From: Acidimicrobiia bacterium
GTDB taxonomy: Bacteria; Actinomycetota; Acidimicrobiia; Acidimicrobiales; Bin134
NCBI GenBank assembly: GCA_022826705.1
Contig: JAJDUJ010000015.1
Coordinates: forward strand, 75,167-139,166
DNA length: 64,000 bases
Direction of reading: 5' to 3'
Below the pieces are notes generated by a model that had not been told where the DNA came from, made no database searches, and worked only from the letters and a program-made list of their open reading frames with translations. How positions within the stretch are numbered: position 1 is the stretch's first letter; each line of letters starts with the position of its first letter. This document shows, in pieces, positions 8,923 through 17,170 of the stretch. The position numbers and the translations under genes were made by a program.

Positions 8923-9891
8923 TTGTCGAACTCCCGCCCTATCCTTGGGCGAGTGACCGATCTGCTCGCCGTGGAGACCCCGGCAGGGGCCGCCGATGCC
9001 GTGGCCGGGGTGCGCATCACCCCGGTGGACGCGGTGGGGCTGGAGCAACGGGCTGCCGCGCTGTGTACTCGGTCCATCAAAACATCCTCCAAGGCGGCGG
9101 CGCTCGACTTGGCCATCCGGGTGATGGACCTGACCACCCTCGAGGGTGCTGATACGCCGGAGCGGGTTGAGGCCCTGTGTACCCGGGCCCACCATCCCGA
9201 CGCGGCCGACTGGTCGGTGCCCTCCGTGGCTGCGGTGTGCGTATATCCCGAATTGGTGCCGGTGGCCGCCGAGGCGTTGGCCAACAGTCCGGTGGCGGTG
9301 GCCAGCGTGGCCGGAGGATTCCCGGCTGGACTGGCCCCTCTGGAGGCTCGACTGGCCGAGGTCGCCTGGGCGGTAGCCGCGGGGGCCGACGAGGTGGACA
9401 TCGTGCTGAACCGTTCGGCATTTCTGTCCGGGCGGTACCAAAAGGCCTATGACGAGATCGCCGGGGCCAAGCAGGCCTGTGGGTCGGCCCACTTAAAGGT
9501 GATATTGGAGACCGGCGAGCTGGGGTCGTACGACCAGATCAGGCGGGCGTCGATGCTGGCCATGGTGGCGGGCGCCGACTTTATCAAGACCTCCACCGGC
9601 AAGATCGGCACTTCGGCCACCCCGGCTGTCGCCTTGTGCATGGCTGAGGCCATTCGGGACATGGCCGAGCAAACCGGGCGGTCCGTGGGCCTCAAGCTGG
9701 CCGGGGGAATCCGAACCGCCAAGCAGGCCTGGCACTACCTGGTGATTGTGGGCGAGACATTGGGACCGGGGTGGCTGACCCCAGAGCGTTTTCGCTTGGG
9801 CGCCTCCAGCCTGCTCAACGATGTGCTCATGCAGCGGGCCAAACTCCGCGACGGCCGCTATCAGCGGCGGGAGGACTACAGCGTTGACTGA
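8923..9891 (+). CDS. deoC: deoxyribose-phosphate aldolase (long actinobacterial form)
   Basis: DEVDIVLN and the Schiff-base lysine context FIKTSTGK identify the DeoC fold. TTG start at 8923; the true start could be the GTG at 8953. Confidence 0.88.
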   Translation: MSNSRPILGRVTDLLAVETPAGAADAVAGVRITPVDAVGLEQRAAALCTRSIKTSSKAAALDLAIRVMDLTTLEGADTPERVEALCTRAHHPDAADWSVPSVAAVCVYPELVPVAAEALANSPVAVASVAGGFPAGLAPLEARLAEVAWAVAAGADEVDIVLNRSAFLSGRYQKAYDEIAGAKQACGSAHLKVILETGELGSYDQIRRASMLAMVAGADFIKTSTGKIGTSATPAVALCMAEAIRDMAEQTGRSVGLKLAGGIRTAKQAWHYLVIVGETLGPGWLTPERFRLGASSLLNDVLMQRAKLRDGRYQRREDYSVD

Positions 9892-11371
9892 CCGCTCGTC
9901 TCCAGGACATGAGGTGGAGCCGGTAGGCGATTTCGATCTCGAGTATGCGGCTGCCCTCGAATCCACCGCCCCGGTGCGCTTGGGCTCGCAGTACGGCCTG
10001 TTCGTGGAGGGCGAGATGGTGGAGCCGGCTGCCGGTCGGCTCGCCCCCACCGTCAACCCCGCCACCGGGGAGGCGTTGGCCGAAGTCAGCGTGGCCGATG
10101 CCGCCGACGTGGACCGGGCCGTGGCCGCGGCCCGCACCGCCTGGGAAGGGGGATGGCGTGATCTGCCCGGTGCGGAGCGGGCCAAGTACCTGTACCGGGT
10201 GGCCCGGCTGCTGCAGGAACGGGCTCGGGAGTTCGCCGTGCTGGAGACGATGGATGGGGGCAAGCCCATCCGGGAGTCCCGCGATCTCGATATCCCGCTG
10301 GCCGCGGCCCACTTCTTCCACTACGCCGGTTGGGCCGACAAGCTCGACTACGCCTTCAGCGGCCGCCGGGCCGCACCCCTGGGTGTGGCTGCCCAGGTAA
10401 TCCCGTGGAACTTCCCCTTGCTGATGGCGGCTTGGAAGCTGGCCCCTGCGCTGGCCTGTGGGAACACCGCGGTTCTCAAGCCGGCGCCCACCACTCCGCT
10501 GACCGCTTTGCTGCTGGCCGAGGTGCTGCGTGATGCCGAACTTCCCCCCGGAGTGGTCAACATCATCACCGGAGACGACGCCGCCGGGGCCGCGCTGGTG
10601 GCCCACCCCGGCGTGGACAAAGTGGCGTTCACTGGCTCTACCGAGGTGGGCCGGGCCATTGCCGCCGAGATGGCGGGGACCGGCAAGCGCCTCACTTTGG
10701 AGCTGGGGGGCAAGGCGGCCAACATTGTGTTCGACGACGCCGCCCTCGACCAGGTGACCGAGGGCATCGTGAACGGCATCTACTTCAACGGCGGCCAAGT
10801 GTGCTGCGCCGGATCCCGTCTGCTGGTGCAGGAGACGGTGGCCGACACCGTGGTGGGCAAGCTCCAGCGGCGAATGGACACCTTGCGGGTTGGTGATCCG
10901 CTGGACAAGAACACCGACATCGGGGCCATCAACTCCCAAGCCCAACTCGACCGCATCACCGAGTTGGTGGCCTCGGGGGTGGCCGAGGGGGCCGAGCTGT
11001 ACACGCCGGACTGCGTGCTGCCCGAGCGCGGTTTCTTCCACGCCCCGGCGCTGTTTACCAATGTGTCCACCGCCCACCGCATCGCCCAGGAGGAGATCTT
11101 CGGGCCGGTGCTGTCGGTGCTCACTTTCCGCACCGCCGAGGAGGCAGTGGCCAAGGCCAACAACACGCCCTATGGGCTGTCGGCCGGCATCTGGACCGAG
11201 AAGGGGTCGCGCATCTTGTGGATGGCCGACCAGATGCAGGCCGGCGTGGTGTGGGCCAACACCTTCAACCGGTTCGACCCGGCCAGCCCCTTCGGCGGCT
11301 ACCGGGAAAGCGGCTACGGCCGCGAGGGCGGCCGGGCCGGTCTCCTGCCCTACGTGGAGCTAGTGGCATGA
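9884..11371 (+). CDS. NAD(P)-dependent aldehyde dehydrogenase
   Basis: Track ORF trimmed to the TTG at 9884, preceded by GGGAGGA and overlapping the deoC stop (TTGACTGA). Motifs: VIPWNFPLLMAAWKLAPALACGNTAVLKPA, catalytic Glu in ELGGKAANIVF, catalytic Cys in FNGGQVCCAGSR. Confidence 0.9.
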   Translation: MTDRSSPGHEVEPVGDFDLEYAAALESTAPVRLGSQYGLFVEGEMVEPAAGRLAPTVNPATGEALAEVSVADAADVDRAVAAARTAWEGGWRDLPGAERAKYLYRVARLLQERAREFAVLETMDGGKPIRESRDLDIPLAAAHFFHYAGWADKLDYAFSGRRAAPLGVAAQVIPWNFPLLMAAWKLAPALACGNTAVLKPAPTTPLTALLLAEVLRDAELPPGVVNIITGDDAAGAALVAHPGVDKVAFTGSTEVGRAIAAEMAGTGKRLTLELGGKAANIVFDDAALDQVTEGIVNGIYFNGGQVCCAGSRLLVQETVADTVVGKLQRRMDTLRVGDPLDKNTDIGAINSQAQLDRITELVASGVAEGAELYTPDCVLPERGFFHAPALFTNVSTAHRIAQEEIFGPVLSVLTFRTAEEAVAKANNTPYGLSAGIWTEKGSRILWMADQMQAGVVWANTFNRFDPASPFGGYRESGYGREGGRAGLLPYVELVA

Positions 11372-12243
11372 GCGATCGGCTGGTGGTCAACAAGACCTAC
11401 AAGCAGTTCATCGGCGGGGCGTTCGAGCGCTCCGAGTCGGGTCGGTCGTATCCGGTTGCCGGGGTCGGAGGAGAGCTCTTGGCCAACGCGGTCCAGGGTT
11501 CGCGCAAAGACGTTCGGGACGCAGTGGCGGCGGCCCGGTCGGCTCAAGGTGGCTGGGCCGGGCGCACGGCCTACAACCGGGGCCAGATCTTGTATCGGGT
11601 GGCCGAGGTTATGGAGTCCCGGCGAGACGAATTCAGCGCCGAGGTGGCTCGAGCGGGCGATGGGTGCTCCGACGAGGCCGCAGCCCAGGAGACAACCGCA
11701 GCCATCGACCGCTGGGTGTGGTATGCGGGCTGGGCCGACAAGTTCGCCACCGTGCTGGGCGGGGCCAACCCGGTGGCCGGTCCTTACTTCAACCTCAGCG
11801 TGCCCGAGCCGGTTGGCGTGGTGGGGATTGTGGGCTTCGGCGAGCCGCCCCTGCTTCCGCTGGTGTCTCGGCTGGCCCCGGTAATCGTGTCGGGAAATAC
11901 TGCGGTGGTTCTGGCCTCCGAGCGCTGTCCGCTGGTGGCCATCACCTTGGCTGAGACCCTGGCACTGAGCGACGTCCCCTCCGGAGTGGTCAACATCATT
12001 ACCGGCCATCGAGACGAGCTCGTCCCGCCGTTGGCCGGCCATGTGGCGGTCGACTCGCTAGACCTCACCGGCTGCGAACCCGACATGGCCGCCGATGCGT
12101 CCCGTCAAGCAGCGGCCACCATTACCAGGGTGGTGAGCGCATCGGCCGCCGAGCGGCAATGGGCTGATGAGAGCGCCCAGAGCCCCTATCTCATCGACGC
12201 CTTCTGCGAAACCAAGACCGTCTGGCACCCCAAGGGCCGATGA
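11368..12243 (+). CDS. aldehyde dehydrogenase-family protein, short form lacking the catalytic ELGG/Cys motifs
   Basis: ATG at 11368 overlaps the previous stop (ATGA). The N-terminus YKQFIGGAFERSESGRSYPV... and the cofactor-domain region GNTAVVLASE are ALDH-like. The protein ends at 291 aa without ELGGK or a GQxC catalytic loop. Confidence 0.75.
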   Translation: MSDRLVVNKTYKQFIGGAFERSESGRSYPVAGVGGELLANAVQGSRKDVRDAVAAARSAQGGWAGRTAYNRGQILYRVAEVMESRRDEFSAEVARAGDGCSDEAAAQETTAAIDRWVWYAGWADKFATVLGGANPVAGPYFNLSVPEPVGVVGIVGFGEPPLLPLVSRLAPVIVSGNTAVVLASERCPLVAITLAETLALSDVPSGVVNIITGHRDELVPPLAGHVAVDSLDLTGCEPDMAADASRQAAATITRVVSASAAERQWADESAQSPYLIDAFCETKTVWHPKGR

Positions 12244-12911
12244 GCGCGGGACCGTTTGTCTTCGGCGTTGATCTCGACGGGGTGTGCGCTGAGCACACCG
12301 TGGCCTTCCGCAAGATCGTGGCTCAGGAAAAGGGTGTGCCCGAGGAGTCGTTGACCTTGGAGTGCAGCTGGGGCTTCGAGGAATGGGGCTTCGGGGAAGG
12401 CGATTTCGAGGACTACCACCGCCGGGCGGTGGCGGAGCACCGGATGCTGGCCGACATGCCGGCTATGCCCGGCGCTTCCAAGGCGCTGTGGCGGTTGTCG
12501 GAGGCCGGGGTGTGGATCCGGATCATCACCCACCGGCTCTACACCAACTGGGACCACGCCATCGCCGCGGGCGACACAGCGGAGTGGCTCGACAAGGCCA
12601 AGATTCCCTACCGCGACCTCTGCTTCGTAGGCGGGAAGTCAGCGGTGGACGCCCACGTCTACATCGAAGACGCCCCCCACAATGTCGAGGCCCTCAGGTC
12701 GGAGGGCCGAACTGTGATCGTGTTCGACCAGCCCTACAACCGAGACCTAGACCCGCCCCGGGCCACCTCTTGGGAAGAAGTAGAGGCCATGGTGTACGAC
12801 GAGCTGGCCGCCCATCAAGGCGCCGTCCAACACCAACTCCCCACCTTCGACCCCAGCACCGACCGCCTTTTACAAAAGGATGAACCTTCTGGACACGAGC
12901 AGGATTCTTAG
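12240..12911 (+). CDS. 5'(3')-deoxyribonucleotidase-like HAD phosphatase (NT5C family)
   Basis: ATGA overlap with the upstream gene. HAD motif I FGVDLDGVCAEH and an NT5C-like length (223 aa). The last ~14 codons (LLQKDEPSGHEQDS) are encoded by the AT-rich island DNA. Confidence 0.75.
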   Translation: MSAGPFVFGVDLDGVCAEHTVAFRKIVAQEKGVPEESLTLECSWGFEEWGFGEGDFEDYHRRAVAEHRMLADMPAMPGASKALWRLSEAGVWIRIITHRLYTNWDHAIAAGDTAEWLDKAKIPYRDLCFVGGKSAVDAHVYIEDAPHNVEALRSEGRTVIVFDQPYNRDLDPPRATSWEEVEAMVYDELAAHQGAVQHQLPTFDPSTDRLLQKDEPSGHEQDS

Positions 12912-12995
12912 AGCCTTGTGTAGGTCACAGTAAGTTCCACAGAAAATGAGGAGACCAGGTTGGTCTGCAGGGAAACCGAGAATAGGAGACCATAA

Positions 12996-14657
12996 GTGAA
13001 AATATCTCAAGATGCTATGGAAGATGCGTTGGTCGACTTCCATGAGTTGCAATATAGCCGAGAACTGGCATCGTTGTATGAGAGCTATCTGGTGGCGAAG
13101 TGGTTTGAAGCAAATGAACTTGAGCAACCGCAAATATCTGACGCCAATGATGCCGTAGATGCAATCTTTGCTCTTTCACCAGCGCACACGTTGGGCAGAC
13201 TTTATCCATTCAGATACGACTGGACGACAACTGAGAGTTCAGGAAGAAAAACAGTATGGAACAATACAACACGAGGGGGGAGCACACTCGCTGCTTCGAT
13301 TTTCAATGAAGGAGGAGAGGGGAACGAGAAGGACATCAGACATGGGTTGCAGAGCACAGCAGCACGGCAAGTAAAGGAAGCAATCACTAGTAAGAACAAG
13401 AGATTCCCCAGATGGACCTCTCTGGCTTGCTTGATATTGCGTGAATACGAATTCAATGACGAAGACGAGTGGAATGATGTACGCGCTTTATTGAAACAAC
13501 GGCTTAACCTTACTGACGGCGATTTAGAGTTAATAACGAATCAACCCATTGACCATCTCCCCCTATTGGCGGACTCTGAATGGCGTATTGACCTCCTGCC
13601 TGACAAATTGGCCCCCAGAGAGTCAGCAGGTCGAAAACAACTTGGAATAACGGAGTATGAACGAAGCGCAGATGAGATAGTAGAAGTGGTACTCGATAGA
13701 CGTGTAGAGGAAATGTTAAAACAAGCGGTCAGTAAGTATCCCTTTATCATGCTGGTTGGTCCTCCAGGAACTGGAAAAGGAACCTTGATTAAGTGGTTGA
13801 TGGAGGATATTTCAATTGATCCGACAAAATATGGGTTCAAAGAGGCCTTTAAGCCGCCTTCCTTGTGGCGAACTCCAGACGAGAGTTGGTCGGCTTTTGA
13901 ACTCATTGGAGGCTATGTACCCAATTCAGAAGGAAATCTAGAATGGTCTCCTGGCCTATTGTTGAACGCACTTGTTGATGAGAAGTGGCTGATTCTAGAC
14001 GAGGCCAACCGGGCGGATATGGACAGAATCATGGGCCCGCTTCTGACTTGGCTCTCTGAGCAAGATGTGGAGATAGGGAGAACAAGACCGCATGACGGAG
14101 AGTCAATAGTGTTGGGATGGACCAAAGCTCCAGAAAACAGAGTTCATTCTACAACTGACGGAATTCCAGTAAAGTACTTGGCAGGGTCTCACTGGAGAAT
14201 GTTTGGTACGTATAATCCTCAAGACGCCCTGAGAGTGTTTCGTTTTGGACAGGCCCTGTCTCGGAGGTTCGTAATAGTGCCGATACCAGCCATATCATCA
14301 GGCCAGTTTGAAGAACTATTGAATTCAAATTACCGTAGCCTAGGTGATGACTATTCGAACATGATAACAGGACTTTATTCGGCACATCTCCAAGACAAGG
14401 ATACGACATTAGGTCCCGCAGTATTTCTACGTATGGCACGTTATCTTCACCCTCTTGGCAGTGACATGGATATGGTTGACGACAAGAGCATGAAGGATAA
14501 GGTTGCTGAGGCATATGTCATGAATGTTGGAAAATACTTAGCTTCTTACGACGACGACATGCTGAACTCGCTTATGTATCGAGTTCTTGAGGAGTGGCCT
14601 GTGTTTGGTGTAATTCAATGGGACTGGATCATGGCACAACGCAATACAATCTTATAG
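12996..14657 (+). CDS. McrB-like AAA+ (AAA_5) NTPase with unassigned ~240-aa N-terminal domain
   Basis: GTG at 12996 lies 6 nt after AGGAGA; an alternative ATG is at 13017. P-loop VGPPGTGKGTL is verified in the DNA (ggt cct cca gga act gga aaa gga acc at 13758-13784). Walker B with the N-R signature: WLILDEANRADMDRIMGPLL. TYNPQD corresponds to the McrB NTAD (NxxD) motif, and ALSRRF is also McrB-like. Confidence 0.8.
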   Translation: MKISQDAMEDALVDFHELQYSRELASLYESYLVAKWFEANELEQPQISDANDAVDAIFALSPAHTLGRLYPFRYDWTTTESSGRKTVWNNTTRGGSTLAASIFNEGGEGNEKDIRHGLQSTAARQVKEAITSKNKRFPRWTSLACLILREYEFNDEDEWNDVRALLKQRLNLTDGDLELITNQPIDHLPLLADSEWRIDLLPDKLAPRESAGRKQLGITEYERSADEIVEVVLDRRVEEMLKQAVSKYPFIMLVGPPGTGKGTLIKWLMEDISIDPTKYGFKEAFKPPSLWRTPDESWSAFELIGGYVPNSEGNLEWSPGLLLNALVDEKWLILDEANRADMDRIMGPLLTWLSEQDVEIGRTRPHDGESIVLGWTKAPENRVHSTTDGIPVKYLAGSHWRMFGTYNPQDALRVFRFGQALSRRFVIVPIPAISSGQFEELLNSNYRSLGDDYSNMITGLYSAHLQDKDTTLGPAVFLRMARYLHPLGSDMDMVDDKSMKDKVAEAYVMNVGKYLASYDDDMLNSLMYRVLEEWPVFGVIQWDWIMAQRNTIL

Positions 14658-14663
14658 CCAAAT

Positions 14664-15878
14664 ATGGAGCAGAAAAGCATAGAAGTTCCGAGGGCAGGGT
14701 TAGCTGAACTGACGCGGAGCTGGTCTGGTACTGGCCATCTGATAGATTTACTTTCTCACGTACAAGATGATAGCTACTCAATACAGTGGAAACGTCAAGA
14801 TATAGTCCGCAGATCCAATCGAGTGCTCCTTGAAAAGATGGAGCCGTTTATTCTCAATTGGCCATCTACATTGCGCCAATGGGAGGCATTTCTTCCGGCT
14901 ACCGCGCTTTCGGAAAGCCAGATATCGGATAGACCGCGTGGAACAGTCAATTGGCTTCATACATATCGTAAATTCGGATGGCCCCCTAGCCATTATATGA
15001 CAAAGACAAGGAATAGGGATTTTGGTGGAGTAGCAATAACTGTTATGGGTTGGCTGTCCAAGCAACTGAAGGACATTGAAAGAGATGTACGCGAATTGAG
15101 TTCCGTTCTTGTAGACAGGGTTGCCGATCAAACTCGAGTGTTATCTCAAGTTGTAGAAGAGCACTCTTTGCATTCAGAATTTGCGGTTCCCGACAACTTT
15201 GAAATACGTGCTCTGACTTCTGCCGGTATGCCTTGGAGTAGTATCTCTAGAGCGGTTGAATTGATTGTGCGGTCTACACGGGATCCAGAATTTCTGGCCT
15301 ATGAACTTCTTGAGCCAGATCCAAAGATGGAGCACGATCTCTTTCATCTGGCAGTGCTTGGCTATTTGATAGCTTCATTGCGCGATCATAATTTTGAGAT
15401 AGTTTGGAAGTCCATTCTGAAGGGGTCGCAACGGTATCCTCATATTCAAGCGATTCAAATGGACGGAACAGAATGGGACGTGTGGTTTGAGGCAAGATCG
15501 GTTCGAGATCATTATGAAGCGTCTCCTTCCGCCTATCAGTCTGCTGTTAAGGGTATCGATTATCAAGAGAAGTCCCTGAGCTACGACATTCTGCTCATAT
15601 CACCAGAACGGCGCGCCTTGATTTTAGAGTGCAAGTGGAGAGTCGATCCGCAAAGCGTTGGTCGAGAGGGGTTTCATCAAGCTTCCAGTTATGCATTAGA
15701 CGTCAAAAATGATTTGGCTGAAGAAGTCTGGGCATTTGTAGTTGGACCGGAGGAGCTAGTTTCTTCAGTTAGCGTAGCGTCGGAGAATTATCTTGCTCTT
15801 TCTGTCATGCTTGGTTCGACTCCGGCCACCAGAATATCAGACGTCGTTACTCTCTTCCTCTCTGAAGAGATAAGTTAA
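14664..15878 (+). CDS. McrC-like partner protein with C-terminal PD-(D/E)xK nuclease motif
   Basis: ATG lies 6 nt after the stop of the AAA+ gene, with no separate RBS. The C-terminal YDILLISPERRALILECKW gives D-x13-E-x-K, followed by QASSYA. The N-terminal ~300 aa are unassigned. The McrC analogy comes from gene order and the motif, not from a search. Confidence 0.65.
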   Translation: MEQKSIEVPRAGLAELTRSWSGTGHLIDLLSHVQDDSYSIQWKRQDIVRRSNRVLLEKMEPFILNWPSTLRQWEAFLPATALSESQISDRPRGTVNWLHTYRKFGWPPSHYMTKTRNRDFGGVAITVMGWLSKQLKDIERDVRELSSVLVDRVADQTRVLSQVVEEHSLHSEFAVPDNFEIRALTSAGMPWSSISRAVELIVRSTRDPEFLAYELLEPDPKMEHDLFHLAVLGYLIASLRDHNFEIVWKSILKGSQRYPHIQAIQMDGTEWDVWFEARSVRDHYEASPSAYQSAVKGIDYQEKSLSYDILLISPERRALILECKWRVDPQSVGREGFHQASSYALDVKNDLAEEVWAFVVGPEELVSSVSVASENYLALSVMLGSTPATRISDVVTLFLSEEIS

Positions 15879-17170
15879 GATTGGACCGAATGGTCTGGGC
15901 TCTCAATTTGTTCTAGGCGTTCTTTTGCAATCGAAAGATACGTCTGAGAAATATCAAAACCCAAGAATCTGCAGCCATGATGTAGCGCGGCCACTCCAGA
16001 GTTACCGGACCCTACGAAGGGGTCGAGTACAAGGTCGCCTGGCTCAGTGGAAAGGGCTATGCATCGTCCGGGCAGGGCGGTAGGAAATTGGGCACCATGG
16101 CCGTTTCCTCCTGTGGAGGTATTTAGGACCCAGACATCAGATAGTTTTTCGGTTTCGCAGAACTCGTCTCGACCGCCGAATTGGGGATCAGCAGTGAGGT
16201 AGGCATTCTTAATGAACTTGGGCGTTCGCGTTTTTGAAATGTGGAGTACATATTCCAAATTTCGACTTACACGCGAGTTGTGAGGTTCAGGTAGCGTGCT
16301 TCGTTTCGCCCATGTGATGACGGACTTGACATACAATCCGACTCTACTGGCTCGCTCTGCGATGAGAGCAGGAATAAGGCACTGCTCTCCATCCTTGAGA
16401 TAGGAATGGCCTGCCGAATAACGGCGCATACTGTGGTCGTGCCACTTTCTCGAATCCTTGCCTTCCATTGCTCTCAGTGCTTCAACGGCTGAGTTTCGGA
16501 TTTGAGTGCGTGTATTGAAACTGTCCATTATGTTCCACCAGATAGATCCGTCATCTGTAAGAACTCTGGCGAGTGAGTCGATTACTTCTGTGGTATGGCG
16601 TACGAACCCTTCAGGCGTTTGTTCTAGGCCATACGGGCATATTTCCCCGTCGGCCCACGGTGTGGCTTGAGCGTCCTCGTAGGTGCGAGTACCCCAATAT
16701 GGGGTTGACGTTACGATACATTGGACAGTTGATTCAGGGATGGTGTGAATCAGATCAAGTGCATTTCCAAGTCGTAGATCGTATGTCGATGGATTCGGGG
16801 TGTAATTGGTCTCCATCGTATTCTGCTGTAGTGAACTGAGATAGGCAATGACCTGCGAACGAGGAGTGATCGTTTCCTGGAAGGCATCGAGATCCAAGAG
16901 CTGTAGGACGTTCTGTGCGTTGAGTCTGTCCTTCTGGCTTGTGGCCTTCCGCACGAACAGCGGGGACATTCCAACGGCCTTGGCCACATGGTCGAGGCGA
17001 TAGGAATGATCAAGTGTCTTAATGTGATCACGATCGAGAGAGGTGAGGGGAGTGTGTGGCTTTATGTCCGAGGGGTGCCACGTCATAGAGCTGTTTGGCA
17101 TGGCCTGTATCTCCTGCTCGGCTTCACGGATGTAATTTGTCGAGGACATGATGGCATGACCTTGTGACAC
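15875..17170 (-). CDS. beta-class N4-cytosine/N6-adenine DNA methyltransferase (N6_N4_Mtase family) with ~130-aa N-terminal extension
   Basis: Motif IV variant IVTSTPYWG (aa 152-160) lies upstream of HGAQFPTALPGRCI and AdoMet motif I LVLDPFVGSGNSGVAA (aa 381-396). The IV-then-I order indicates the beta class. Start is the GTG at 17170; alternatives are the ATG at 17149 and Met24. The N-terminal segment LDHVAKAVGMSPLFVRKA is HTH-like. Confidence 0.88.
   Translation of the reverse strand: MSQGHAIMSSTNYIREAEQEIQAMPNSSMTWHPSDIKPHTPLTSLDRDHIKTLDHSYRLDHVAKAVGMSPLFVRKATSQKDRLNAQNVLQLLDLDAFQETITPRSQVIAYLSSLQQNTMETNYTPNPSTYDLRLGNALDLIHTIPESTVQCIVTSTPYWGTRTYEDAQATPWADGEICPYGLEQTPEGFVRHTTEVIDSLARVLTDDGSIWWNIMDSFNTRTQIRNSAVEALRAMEGKDSRKWHDHSMRRYSAGHSYLKDGEQCLIPALIAERASRVGLYVKSVITWAKRSTLPEPHNSRVSRNLEYVLHISKTRTPKFIKNAYLTADPQFGGRDEFCETEKLSDVWVLNTSTGGNGHGAQFPTALPGRCIALSTEPGDLVLDPFVGSGNSGVAALHHGCRFLGFDISQTYLSIAKERLEQIESPDHSVQS

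Noticed and set aside
12914-12920. Shared heptamer CCTTGTG at both island edges (12914-12920 and 17160-17166) as a target-site duplication or att core
   Set aside because: It is only 7 bp. The right copy lies inside the MTase coding region and the left copy lies 45 nt inside the AT-rich DNA. A match of this length is expected by chance in about 300 bp of compared sequence.
12952-12966. Palindrome AGACCA-ggt-TGGTCT in the leader of the island operon as a controller-protein (C-box) operator
   Set aside because: The arms are only 6 bp, no C-protein gene is present in the island, and there is no second copy. That is too weak to call.
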